Shown piece after piece: positions 55,801 to 64,000 of a stretch of 64,000 bases of DNA. The position numbers and the translations under genes are program-made. The stretch lies in the IMG/VR virus record IMGVR_UViG_3300030330_005258, positions 32,001 through 96,000 of that record; one strand, written 5' to 3'. Under the pieces are notes generated by a model, which searched no databases, was not told the origin of the DNA, and saw only the letters and a program-made list of their open reading frames with translations. Position 1 is the first letter of the stretch; each line of letters opens with the position of its first letter. The DNA is from a virus (taxonomy: Duplodnaviria > Caudoviricetes).

Positions 55801-56309
55801 TAGATGATCCAAAATTTAAATTATTTATGGATTATGCGTTGCCTGTGAGAAAAATGGTATCTGCATTAGCCATCTATAATGACTTAACTTATCTCCAATC
55901 AATTGGGCAGATATCCAGTGGAGGTAAAAAGGTAAATAAATCTAATATAGGTGAAAAACCCGGCATTAAAGTTGACTCTAACGGGAACTTTATAAGGCAA
56001 GTGCCCGGCTGGATCCCTAGAAAAGAGCGCCCTGGGGGGCTGTTTGTACTCACTTGGGACGAGTGGAACCGGCAGACTCTTGGTAAATCAACCGCAGTGT
56101 TGAAAAAGATGTTTAAATCTTATTATTATTCTCGTGATTTTGGCAAGCAAGATAGACCTACGCCCACCGGCGCGCAAATTGCTATTCAAAATCTGAAAGA
56201 GAAATTTAAGTTTGCACCCGGCGATCGATCGGTGCCTCGTTGGAACCGTAGAGCAAGTAATCCGTTCGATGCCCGAGGTCGTATGTGCGAGAGATCAGAT
56301 GACAACTAA
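49878..56309 (+). CDS. very large (2143 aa) putative virion/baseplate protein
   Basis: Long ORF between spike-like and gp25-like genes; CTAATTA at 49857. Confidence 0.6.
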   Translation: MANPSPFLQYQDKNGDFLLDDCEIKLPGPIEKVCLDCVPNPKALVQNWKTSLNTPFLNEKLCLYQVGVKTSHTDTGGNDGIIERFEIYKEEAIELFLDEYEKEVGVKNIEALRAAIIYDPEKDFQLEARSNSVLSLLYSVPFEVIENLEDASDDNDDDEREPIEVTYLASELPVLFTRVRKGLGLYSRYTTAENVLNGSSLVFDKSRSVFNINDYGDRGFGRSSQMAKVFVELDRFLNRRGFNIVGAGSFGFGRDRVVKLKIGFDKNFKVKKLAVFSLGCREKPKVFKGRKISALNRIDVFKDRTAMAYFAQLADMERDLTARSPKKFTEFIMDYTFPTVVFLNAEEILEGETNCVADKIRDTVQGLGQDLLDDVLGIGDILAYQFHKHICRTEEEENSLREQFGEVYRPVEEMSIFGNKNKEKESVFSKGSLGAIGGMAKQQAYEKLQANPNVFVQLCADVLIAGTPVGGAVSVRGIWDASFNKLKLCGLLDFLLDALGCLWGGLELEEALRIALTSALQAMGIKNFGVLFVGLPPEEQAELDALVKRKLAESRQSADTRQTAAQDQQRDSVDTPDPRRDESGFFGGTFGEIDFVKPFEDPALMEQEDAARTAGPYEGTTVSSGVYEAQSSNFGRRPRIGTTYNNPEEISGRQTAAADAIKSLDKRAEQTFSPDVIMEAYILALVEYYSGRLLDLVDKLNEFPGAEIISKILAVVDCPRPPLFTPSVMDFLKDIELPFCRNIGDVALPKFFLPPISLKDILKRLAIAIAEAIIQYVLDILLKLMIKICEILGEAICKALETAGNIIGGLPGLITGNTTIRDIVRDSICGPGASDEDVDDSIAAMFETLGGAGANLANKDKVLEFNEAIASSSTRQEIIDASLGNPSQEFLSIVDTIIDVQFPEFRDAMPNTQAIGSFFSNFGNLLPAEVKAQLDDIANQNYENLDLPANPTLCATPDQIAEFCAVRASILEGRASDEQIATLCTRPTQDFADLNNVLQDGIPGTIMNNMPPILSDPGCSNGLFPYEPEELQSAASAGLTADLENLKVAYSFDMLGNGIGKKNWGYMNMVLSDTMGRPFTNHMRNVNRFALFGSKKYVDFYVDQEANDEDDGGDDVGLFGYGPERKQRGAFPVYVGEWAATYWNGSSDKIKVNTPNNSLTDPKTFTIETNDDITALYNYGYNMKYKPTEDGYKITRRRRKSQADIVLKFRDNRDGNGDGLFNDENMSLGYNLKFFFSAIRDGGNTRDNNVRVLINRTENNDNYKIDQEEAYGAEYDTTIPEESEERKKSKKVISNRRYEFVGSDGSVDDLLDEIGSQFISEYPKFETSLDEGGKESPLIVLMSEMLGISISQAKSYWTTSTEKIIESFGNKIFNLDTNKSFMYGAKPNTLTSEDAQYGVVRNGNFVPYADVEVDGETLSNDDSVLGISRDQHKNGDKARVYYLDPNKFGGSYINPKVYIKPVDTEGLLGLVNVMFPELSPCKPQNTDLVDFGDIASTISNSYANYPDDPRLASDPDCVVEKPFDRILSRAAKSGIEGTIAAACRIYASIHFLKTINTFAVLKPDFKNNMSTMYASFILEHMEREMRDSQGAFGELFNPFKDDEFYYAFLEQAVQTYFQMVQSGKITEVPTDIESALERIGDAQNKYKYPDRDRMQKAKANGNAPVFQTLPQFREDRNLAAVKSVEEDCKLILKEFMVKEVNYLSNVFYENMISEGFIDKDTYIYNVMYYILSAESGLTAGSELDMAGEIKEEVVDIPTGDNQYTDGNMLALEDGTPYVGYYHNHVDEAGDTIFMVGGEHSIEAHAVLRPFANKVQVNIGNIKGATSAGDKPFYIRKYIKVEGSKTYDDAISGVVDTLRGGGDTLVSEAYPGSLEHVYDAGTPEAIQNRVARVREKAESEGRDPTPDELSAAREGDGRPVVGLKGELGVRYGLEFRASTGDLIASSEIDVLDLPLSMLQPLEGGSKELLCLINKLIDDPKFKLFMDYALPVRKMVSALAIYNDLTYLQSIGQISSGGKKVNKSNIGEKPGIKVDSNGNFIRQVPGWIPRKERPGGLFVLTWDEWNRQTLGKSTAVLKKMFKSYYYSRDFGKQDRPTPTGAQIAIQNLKEKFKFAPGDRSVPRWNRRASNPFDARGRMCERSDDN

Positions 56310-56331
56310 TTATAAACGTGAGGTAAAATGA

Positions 56332-56700
56332 ATGGCTTCTTTGGCACCCAAACTACCGCTTACTTTAGATTCTGGCGATGGCTATACATCAATTAAAAGA
56401 CTAAAAGATTTAATAAAACAAAATTTCAAAATGTTAATCTTAACAAATCCGGGAGAAAGGGTTATGAACCCTGATTTTGGCGTTGGAATTAGGCAATTTT
56501 TATTTGAGAACTTTGAAAGCGATGTTTATGCAAGAATAGATACCAAAATCAGAGAACAGGCTGCTTTTTACTTGCCAGTTATTACAATACAAAGTATACA
56601 ATTTGGAACTGGCACAATAGAGGATAACTCCCTTGGTCTTCGCATAGAATACAGGATACCAGATATAGCCGCTAGAGATTTGCTTGAGTTTACTATTTAA
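56332..56700 (+). CDS. baseplate wedge protein, gp25/GpW-like
   Basis: IKQN..LILTNPGERVMNPDFGVG..FLFE. Confidence 0.9.
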   Translation: MASLAPKLPLTLDSGDGYTSIKRLKDLIKQNFKMLILTNPGERVMNPDFGVGIRQFLFENFESDVYARIDTKIREQAAFYLPVITIQSIQFGTGTIEDNSLGLRIEYRIPDIAARDLLEFTI

Positions 56701-56716
56701 GGTGAGGTACGCTTAG

Positions 56717-58513
56717 ATGGGAAATAAAAAAATAAATACGCCTGCAATCAATTACACCAATAGAGAATATGAAGGCATAAGGGAAGACCTTACGCAAATA
56801 GCAGAGCGCTTCTATCCTGATACATTTCAAGACTTTAGTGAAGCTTCGTTTGGTGCCATGATGCTAGACGCAGTGGCATACGTTGGCGACCAGCTTTCTT
56901 TTTATCTTGATTACAATGTAAACGAGGCGTTTTTAGATACATCATACCAGCTAAATAATATTATTAGGCACGGGCGCGTGCTTGGCTACAAAATTCCTGG
57001 CCGCCCTTCAACTTTTGGAACAGTTGCTTTGTATGTGCTGGTCCCCGCTAGTTTGACTGCCCTTGGACCCGACAGAAGATACATACCAATAATAAAAAGA
57101 GGAACGAGATTTAATAGCACAAATGGATCTAATTTTGTTCTAACCGAAGATGTCAACATGGCAGAATCATCCAACCCGGTAGTGGTGGCCAGAACTGATG
57201 CCACGACCGGAGCCCCAACATTTTTTGCTGTCAAGTCATACGGCAAAGTTGTTTCGGGTTTCTTTAACACAGAAACAATTGATGTCGGTGCATTTGAAAG
57301 ATTTAGAAGAGTTCAACTTACTGAGCCTAATGTTTCAGAAATTATTAGTGTTTTTGACTCCGAAGGCAATGAATATTTTGAAGTTGAGAATCTTTCGCAA
57401 GACACTGTATTCAAAACTTTAACAAACAAAAATTATAAAAACGATAATGTTCCTTCAGTTATGAAACCCCTTTTGGTAAATAGAAAATTCATGACCGTGT
57501 TTGATAGAGACGGCGTTGCACTACAATTTGGAAGCGGTGACGAACTGAAAGGCGATGTAGTTGCAGAACCACAAAGTTTAGCTATTGATGTTTTTGGAAA
57601 ATCTTATGTGACTGATACATCATTTGATCCAAGCAGATTGGTTTCAAACAAATACTACGGAATTGTTCCACAAAATACAGCGTTGACAATATTATATCGA
57701 CAAACAAATCCAACGAATTCGAATGTAGCAGCAGGTTCTATCAGCAATGTCGCAAGTTCAATTTTAGAATTTGAAGATTCATCTGTACTAGCTGCTGGGA
57801 GCATTAGGGCTGTTAGGGCTTCTCTTGAGGTTTCAAATGAAACCCCGATTGTCGGAAACGTATCAAACCCAACATCTGCTGAAGTTAAACAAAGAATCTA
57901 CGACACCTTTCCAACACAAAATAGGGCGGTAACACAAAGGGATTATGAAAATCTGGTTTATAGAATGCCCGCCAGCTTTGGGTCAATTAAGAGATGTTCA
58001 GTACAAAAAGACCCAGATTCACAAAAACGAAATCTCAATGTCTATGTTGTTTCAGAAGATCCCCAGGGAAAATTAATTAACTCAAACACTACCATAAAGG
58101 AAAATATCAAGACTTGGCTAAATCATTATCGTATGATTAACGATACAATTGATATTCTTGATCCATTTATAATAAATATTGGAATTAATTTTGTTGTCAA
58201 ACCAGAAGTTAATTCTGATAAATTTAAAGTTTTAAACGATTGCGTAAACGCCATAGCTGCGGAGTATAACAATCCACTTTTCATTGGAGAATCCCTATCT
58301 CTCTCTAGAATTTTCAATATTTTGAATAATGTAAATGGTGTTAATGATGCAGTGAAGGTGCAGATTGTTAATAAAAATTCATCAAACTACTCAAATGTAT
58401 TTTTCCAAATTGGTGAAAATATGTCCCCCGACGGAGATATGCTAATATGCCCAAAGAACGCCATATTTGAACTAAAATTTCCAGAAGTAGATGTAAAAGG
58501 TAAGCTAAGGTAA
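56717..58513 (+). CDS. baseplate wedge protein, gp6/baseplate-J-like
   Basis: YTNREY..IR, DFSEAS.G, YVGD.LSFYLD, LQFGSG, QNRAVT..DY. Confidence 0.85.
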   Translation: MGNKKINTPAINYTNREYEGIREDLTQIAERFYPDTFQDFSEASFGAMMLDAVAYVGDQLSFYLDYNVNEAFLDTSYQLNNIIRHGRVLGYKIPGRPSTFGTVALYVLVPASLTALGPDRRYIPIIKRGTRFNSTNGSNFVLTEDVNMAESSNPVVVARTDATTGAPTFFAVKSYGKVVSGFFNTETIDVGAFERFRRVQLTEPNVSEIISVFDSEGNEYFEVENLSQDTVFKTLTNKNYKNDNVPSVMKPLLVNRKFMTVFDRDGVALQFGSGDELKGDVVAEPQSLAIDVFGKSYVTDTSFDPSRLVSNKYYGIVPQNTALTILYRQTNPTNSNVAAGSISNVASSILEFEDSSVLAAGSIRAVRASLEVSNETPIVGNVSNPTSAEVKQRIYDTFPTQNRAVTQRDYENLVYRMPASFGSIKRCSVQKDPDSQKRNLNVYVVSEDPQGKLINSNTTIKENIKTWLNHYRMINDTIDILDPFIINIGINFVVKPEVNSDKFKVLNDCVNAIAAEYNNPLFIGESLSLSRIFNILNNVNGVNDAVKVQIVNKNSSNYSNVFFQIGENMSPDGDMLICPKNAIFELKFPEVDVKGKLR

Positions 58514-59931
58514 TGGCAATTAGAAGATATAAGGCAACAGCCGACAACACAATAGCGAATGGCTATCAAGAAAATTTAGCTACTCGTGCCACAGGCTCCA
58601 ATATGGGACTGGCAGATGTTAGTGAGGTTTATTCTATTTATGGCAGACAATCAGCAGCTTCATCAGAATTATCAAGAATAATTACACAATTTGATGTAGC
58701 TTCGATTACTGCTGATAGGAATGCGGGCGATATACCTGCATCTGGGCAAGTAAAATTTTATTTGAAACTTTATAACGCTGAAACTTCTAAAACTGTTCCA
58801 AAAGATTTTAAACTAGTTGTAGAGGCGATTTCTCGTGCTTGGACTGAAGGTGACGGCTTGGATCTTGAAAACTACAAAGATCTTGGTGTTTCAAATTGGA
58901 TTAGCGCCTCCAGTGGTGTAGCCTGGACAACTGCGGGTGGCGACTATCACGCAACTCCAACATATGAGCAGACATTCGAGACTGGTCTTGAAGATTTAGA
59001 AATTGATATTTCGACACTCGTAGAACAATGGATAGCAGAATCTAAAGCAAATTATGGTGTTGGTGTGAGATTAACATCTTCATTGGAGTCGGCTACAGAC
59101 TCTTACTATACTAAAAGATTTTTTGCAAGAGGCACACAATACTTTTTTAAAAAACCTGTAATTGAAGCTAGATGGGATTCGTCAATCCAAGACGACAGAG
59201 GAGACTTTTATATGTCTTCTTCGTTAGCCCCGGCATCTGATAATTTAAATACTCTATATCTTTACAACTACATTCGCGGACAATTGACAAATATTCCTGC
59301 GGTTGGCACCGGAGAAATATATGTTGACCTTTACGAAACACTAGGCGAAACAGCATTGACCCAGGTAATTGCGACTCCCGCAACAGGCGGATATGTCTCA
59401 ACTGGAATATATTCTTGCTCTGTTTGCTTAACAGGGACTTACTCAACCTTGCGCGACGTTTGGCACACAGGCGGCGTTGAATACTTTACAGGAAGTATTT
59501 CTCCTGAATCGTTTGCGGCGACTTCATTTTCGAACGGCAACTACCGATATGTGACAAAAATAAAGAATTTAAGAAATAAATATTTCTCGGAGGAAGAGGC
59601 TCGCTTCAATGTCTACGTCAGAAACAAAAACTGGTCCCCAACTATTTATACAGTAGCGTCAGCGGAAATAGAAAATACCATTATTGCAAGCGCATCATAC
59701 AGAGTTTATAGAGTTTTGGATGGACTGAATGTTATACCACACGGCACCGGATCAGACTTACATACAATTCTTTCCTACGATGTTTCAGGAAACTATTTCA
59801 ATCTCGATATGTCGCTTCTTGAACCGGGATACGAATATGGCATCAAACTCGCATTCTATGATTCACAGAGGCAATCTTGGATCGAGCAAGACCAAAAATT
59901 CTTATTCCGAGTAGAAGATCATGAGTACTAG
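58513..59931 (+). CDS. virion structural protein
   Basis: ADNTI, SRI..QFD, WTEG.G, W...GGD, P.IEARWD; structural context. Confidence 0.65.
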   Translation: MAIRRYKATADNTIANGYQENLATRATGSNMGLADVSEVYSIYGRQSAASSELSRIITQFDVASITADRNAGDIPASGQVKFYLKLYNAETSKTVPKDFKLVVEAISRAWTEGDGLDLENYKDLGVSNWISASSGVAWTTAGGDYHATPTYEQTFETGLEDLEIDISTLVEQWIAESKANYGVGVRLTSSLESATDSYYTKRFFARGTQYFFKKPVIEARWDSSIQDDRGDFYMSSSLAPASDNLNTLYLYNYIRGQLTNIPAVGTGEIYVDLYETLGETALTQVIATPATGGYVSTGIYSCSVCLTGTYSTLRDVWHTGGVEYFTGSISPESFAATSFSNGNYRYVTKIKNLRNKYFSEEEARFNVYVRNKNWSPTIYTVASAEIENTIIASASYRVYRVLDGLNVIPHGTGSDLHTILSYDVSGNYFNLDMSLLEPGYEYGIKLAFYDSQRQSWIEQDQKFLFRVEDHEY

Positions 59932-62900
59932 AGATTTATTTGAACGTTCAAAAAATTATATTTCAGATACCGACCAGAGGGACGCGTTTTCTGATGCAGA
60001 ATCATCAAGAAACGTAGATGCAATTTCTGAAAAGCATAAGTCTTTTGAACCACAGGTAGATTATAGCGAGCCGCTATCTTTTGCCCGCTTTGGTTCTGCT
60101 GAGCTATACTATCAGGGCGCGTTTGATAGGATCAAAGATTTCTATCCGTATGATGGCTCAGATGCTGAATACAACGAGTTTTATAACAAATCGCTAGATA
60201 TTGAAAAATACATTTTCAATAACTTATATCCTCGGACCAATGGTTATGTTAACTTTTCAAGTTCGTCAATCTCGCTGAAAGGCGGACCGCACACAATCAG
60301 TTCTAATAAAACAAAGGGTCTTTTTAAGGATCCAGAATCTTCTCAGAGAGAGACAGCAAATGTTTATGATGAAGATATCTACACCACCGCCGGACTCCCA
60401 ACAGATTACGGAGAGGGAACAAGGGAATCAAACTTAAAGTGTGATTTTCAGACTGGTGTAACGATTGAGTTTTGGCTCAAAAATGATACACTAGATACAA
60501 ACACAAAACAAGCACTTTTTCACTTAACAAATTCCTCTGGCGGCGATGAGTTTACGTTATATTTATCAGGCACTTCGGGCTCTCCATTTTTTACGACGCT
60601 TAGCTCTTCGCACGTAGCAAGGTTTGGAGATGCTAGAATTGGCTCTACCCCCGACACAAGTTCTATTCAGCAATGGAACCATTATGCAATCTCTTTTAAA
60701 AACACAGGCAGCGGCACATCAACCAAATTTTATATTAATGGCGTCTTGGATCAGACCATTGTTCTTGGCAGCAGTGGCTTTAACCCGCTAACCCAAAAAG
60801 AGACTGTTGCCCACATCGCATCTGGTTCTCATGATGAAGGTCATCTCTTTTTCTCCGGCTCTATGGATGAGTTTCGTTTTTGGAAGACCGAGAGAACAGC
60901 ACAAGATATTGGTAGAAATTGGTTTGGGCAAGTGCGGGGCGGCTCAAATACAGACATTTCTAATACCACCCTTGGTGTCTATTATAAATTTAACGAGGGT
61001 ATAACAGGTGTCACAGCAACAGATAGCGTTGTTCTTGACTATTCTGGTCGTATTTCTAACGGAACTTTTAACGGATACACAGCTACATCTAGAAATACTG
61101 GGTCGGCTATTGTATCTGCTAGTGCTGCCACCACAGAGTACCTTGATCCAATTATCTATGGCACTCACCCATCGGTATCTAGTTTAAGAACTACTCTGAT
61201 CAACAGAGGTATCGATCACGACTCTCGAAACAATGCTGCTTTTGTTACCATGATGCCAAGTTGGATTCTTGAAGAACATGAGGAAATAGGCAATACTAAC
61301 TTTAAATATTTAAGCCACATAATAGGCTCTTATTTTGATAAGCTGTATCTTCAGATTGAAGCTGTATCGACCCTGAAGTCGCCAATCTATACCAGTTCGT
61401 CGTACAAGCCACTCCCATTTGCTAGTCATATGCCTGCTTCACTTGGGCTTGAAACGCCTGAAATCTTTGTTGATGCAAATGTTCTTGAAAAATTTATAAA
61501 CAAAAGTGAAACACAAGCATATGAAAATGATTTAAATGACGTAAAGAACTTGATCTATTTAAATCTTTACAACAACTTGACTTATCTTTTTAAGTCTAAG
61601 GGAACAGAAAAAGCAATAAGAAATGTTTTACGTGCTTTTAATATAGATGACAAACTTGTTAGATTTAACACTTATGCAAACAACTACACTTTTGAGCTTG
61701 AGAATAATCTAAAAAATACAATTGTAAGAAAATCATCTGCAAATTTCAACAAAGCTTCGCACCTTGGTGCCGTTGTTTACTCCTCCGGCTCGGCTACTAG
61801 CAGGCAGCTTGGGTACATCTCAGGCTCAGACGTTGACTCACACGAGTTAAGATATGGTTTAACTCACGAAGTTGATGTTATATTCCCCAAATTTATTAAA
61901 ATTATAGATACTTTTAGCAGAGATTTTACAAGAGTATCGCTGTTCGGTTTACATTCTGCTAGCGCAAACAGTCCGTCTACCACTGTATATGATCCAAGCT
62001 TTTATGTATACGCGCAGCGCGATGAAGCATACTCTAAAAATGTCAAGTTTGTATTAAGTTCCTCTTTGCTTTCCAGTGAAATATCAAGTAGCCTATATCA
62101 CGGCGTCTACGATGATGAAAACTGGAATCTCTCAGTCAGGATTAAGCCGGATGCCCTAGATCTTACTGGATCTGTTGACGGGGTGGCGGCTTCAAATTAT
62201 ACAATTGAGTTTGCTGGATATAATCAAAGGCTGGGTGAGATTAGAAACTTCTTTAAGGTTTCTGCTTCGGCAAATCAAGCTAACACGCAAAACTTATTAA
62301 AATCTCCAAAAAGGTCTTTCGTTGGCGCACACAGAACCAATGTCACCGGCGCTCTGGAATACAAGTCAGACACTTTAATAACAGCGACGAGATTTTGGAC
62401 ACAGTATCTTGACGACACTTCGCTACAGCAACACGCCTTTGATTTTGATAATTATGGTGTTGCTGACGCAAATCAACACTTGTCGCCTTTGGATCCTGAT
62501 AATAGCAAGACTCTGAACAGACACACGTTAGCATTGAACTATGAATTTAGAAACGTAACAGCTTCGGACGGCACTGGTGCCTTTACAGTAACTGACATTA
62601 GTTCTGGCTCTCTGGACGGTCTTGCAGGGCATTACGGCAAACTGGGCGAGATATCATCCTATCTATATCCCGGCGTAGGTTTTGGCTTCTCAGCAAATTC
62701 CTCAGATGTTGTGTTAAAGCAAGAAGTAAATTCGCACCAGTTCATAAATCCCGAACTAGCTATCGGCAGCAACCTCGTTCAAATAAGAACTGATGATGAT
62801 AAGTTATTTGATTCTGTTGATACAATTCCAAATTATCACTATATTCTTGAAAAGAGCATGTATAACGCAATTTCCGAAGAGATGCTTAATTTCTTTGCCG

Positions 62901-64000
62901 GCGTAAACGACTTTCATAATCTTATAGGACATCCAGTCCATCAATATAGAATGGAATATAAGGGCTTAAACAAGCTCAGAGAATCTTTTTTCCGCCGTGT
63001 AACGAGTGTTACAGAAGTCGAGAGATTCGTAGATTACTATAAGTGGTTTGACGACACCATGTCCCAAATAATAGGACAGCTTATACCTGCGTCGGCTGAT
63101 TACACGCCAGATATCTTAAACACTATCGAGTCCCATGCTCTGGAGCGCAACAAATACCAACATAAAATTCCCATGATGGCTTTCACCTCCTCCACGGAGG
63201 GGGTGGCTTTTGGTGCGGAAGAGCTTCGTTATGATTGGCAAAGAAACCATGCTCCTGTCGGCGGACTAGAAAAGCAAAATTCAAATTGGTGGAAAGAGCG
63301 CGCTGAACGACAAGGGACCATTAGTTCAGGTGATGCTAACGTAGACACCGCAAGAAGTCAAATTAGAAGAGTAGCAACAAATCAAACTAACGGTAGTGTT
63401 GGAAGAAGTTTCACAGATGACGGCACAAGATATACTCGTTCTAATTTCAAATATCGTACTCTATCGAAGGGCTTTGTTTTCGAGAAGAAAATATCAAGAG
63501 AAATCAAAGGTGGAACGAATTTTGAACATAACAAAGATATACACTTTGCTTATACCGCACTACATCCCGCTGGTCCAGTAACAACTGAAGATAATGTCTT
63601 TGTTCCACAAAACGTGCTGCTAGGATTTGTAGACGACTTGGTCGCCCTTCAAGATACAAGCGACCCACCAAAAATACCAAATGAAAAGATTAAAAGAAAT
63701 ATTTTGGTTTTGCATGGTCGTGATTACGAAGCTGGTGTCGGCTACAAGAATAGAAAATCTTCCTTCTCCTTCCCATTCAATATAATATCCTCTTCTGTTA
63801 CTACTGGGTACAACAAGTCAGTAGTAGAGCTTGTTACCGCTAGCATCGAAGTTACTAACCTACATAACGATGTATATGGTCCAGACATGGAGCGCCCCAT
63901 GCAAGGCATCTTTACAGAGCACGCTGTGGGCGGTCACCAATCGAGACACGTAAAGCTAAACACAGGTGGCGACAATTACCTCAACAGACCTGAAGCATGG
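59921..64000 (+). CDS. large LamG/concanavalin-domain virion protein, 3'-truncated (not in ORF track)
   Basis: ATG 59921 (MSTRDLFERS...FARFGSAELYY...YPYDGS); start and end (...RPEAW) are in the same frame and no stop-terminated ORF is listed here; TIEFWLK, WNHYAISF, FYING, GSMDEFRFWK. Confidence 0.8.
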   Translation, partial: MSTRDLFERSKNYISDTDQRDAFSDAESSRNVDAISEKHKSFEPQVDYSEPLSFARFGSAELYYQGAFDRIKDFYPYDGSDAEYNEFYNKSLDIEKYIFNNLYPRTNGYVNFSSSSISLKGGPHTISSNKTKGLFKDPESSQRETANVYDEDIYTTAGLPTDYGEGTRESNLKCDFQTGVTIEFWLKNDTLDTNTKQALFHLTNSSGGDEFTLYLSGTSGSPFFTTLSSSHVARFGDARIGSTPDTSSIQQWNHYAISFKNTGSGTSTKFYINGVLDQTIVLGSSGFNPLTQKETVAHIASGSHDEGHLFFSGSMDEFRFWKTERTAQDIGRNWFGQVRGGSNTDISNTTLGVYYKFNEGITGVTATDSVVLDYSGRISNGTFNGYTATSRNTGSAIVSASAATTEYLDPIIYGTHPSVSSLRTTLINRGIDHDSRNNAAFVTMMPSWILEEHEEIGNTNFKYLSHIIGSYFDKLYLQIEAVSTLKSPIYTSSSYKPLPFASHMPASLGLETPEIFVDANVLEKFINKSETQAYENDLNDVKNLIYLNLYNNLTYLFKSKGTEKAIRNVLRAFNIDDKLVRFNTYANNYTFELENNLKNTIVRKSSANFNKASHLGAVVYSSGSATSRQLGYISGSDVDSHELRYGLTHEVDVIFPKFIKIIDTFSRDFTRVSLFGLHSASANSPSTTVYDPSFYVYAQRDEAYSKNVKFVLSSSLLSSEISSSLYHGVYDDENWNLSVRIKPDALDLTGSVDGVAASNYTIEFAGYNQRLGEIRNFFKVSASANQANTQNLLKSPKRSFVGAHRTNVTGALEYKSDTLITATRFWTQYLDDTSLQQHAFDFDNYGVADANQHLSPLDPDNSKTLNRHTLALNYEFRNVTASDGTGAFTVTDISSGSLDGLAGHYGKLGEISSYLYPGVGFGFSANSSDVVLKQEVNSHQFINPELAIGSNLVQIRTDDDKLFDSVDTIPNYHYILEKSMYNAISEEMLNFFAGVNDFHNLIGHPVHQYRMEYKGLNKLRESFFRRVTSVTEVERFVDYYKWFDDTMSQIIGQLIPASADYTPDILNTIESHALERNKYQHKIPMMAFTSSTEGVAFGAEELRYDWQRNHAPVGGLEKQNSNWWKERAERQGTISSGDANVDTARSQIRRVATNQTNGSVGRSFTDDGTRYTRSNFKYRTLSKGFVFEKKISREIKGGTNFEHNKDIHFAYTALHPAGPVTTEDNVFVPQNVLLGFVDDLVALQDTSDPPKIPNEKIKRNILVLHGRDYEAGVGYKNRKSSFSFPFNIISSSVTTGYNKSVVELVTASIEVTNLHNDVYGPDMERPMQGIFTEHAVGGHQSRHVKLNTGGDNYLNRPEAW

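Noticed and set aside
59642-59648. CTATTTA copies deep inside genes (also 47108, 7749, 10686)
   Set aside because: More than 60 nt from the next start codon and explainable by codon usage; not counted as promoters.

Overview
64 kb of a large (jumbo-type) contractile-tailed dsDNA bacteriophage. Genes are densely packed, all credible ones are on the + strand, and the standard code is used. Three zones: (1) 1-23.8 kb is an accessory region. It holds about 10 small SH3/KOW-like proteins and auxiliary enzymes (dCMP deaminase, thermonuclease, cytochrome c, VOC, Fis-like HTH, vWA lipoprotein, class II aldolase, eukaryote-type PMM, HNH, PIN-PhoH, fatty-acid hydroxylase, PD-(D/E)xK nuclease). It also holds at least 8 otherwise unrelated proteins sharing an N-terminal leader MKL(L/I)(I/M/L)EN(W/F)RxFLxE, which resembles the T4 capsid-targeting sequence. 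Their cargo domains include two kinases, a Pol-beta nucleotidyltransferase/RNA-ligase-like polyprotein and ART-like domains. (2) 23.8-45.8 kb is a ~26-gene glycan cluster: glycosyltransferases, a carbamoyltransferase, two split ThDP-enzyme pairs, three SDRs lacking the catalytic Tyr, two AKR-ParB/Srx fusions, a TylF-like methyltransferase, RmlC, Gmd and split HldE. (3) 45.8-64 kb carries a gp55-like late sigma factor and baseplate/structural genes, ending in an unlisted >1360-codon LamG-type ORF. Two promoter classes can be read by eye: sigma70-type TTGACA-N16/17-TATATT, and a candidate phage late motif CTANTTA that precedes both structural genes and leader-bearing genes. Two structured intergenic RNA candidates and three micro-ORFs missing from the ORF track were also found. 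Best candidate for a new system: a late-expressed, leader-addressed, protease-matured set of virion-packaged effector enzymes. All assignments come from motif recognition by eye; no searches were run.
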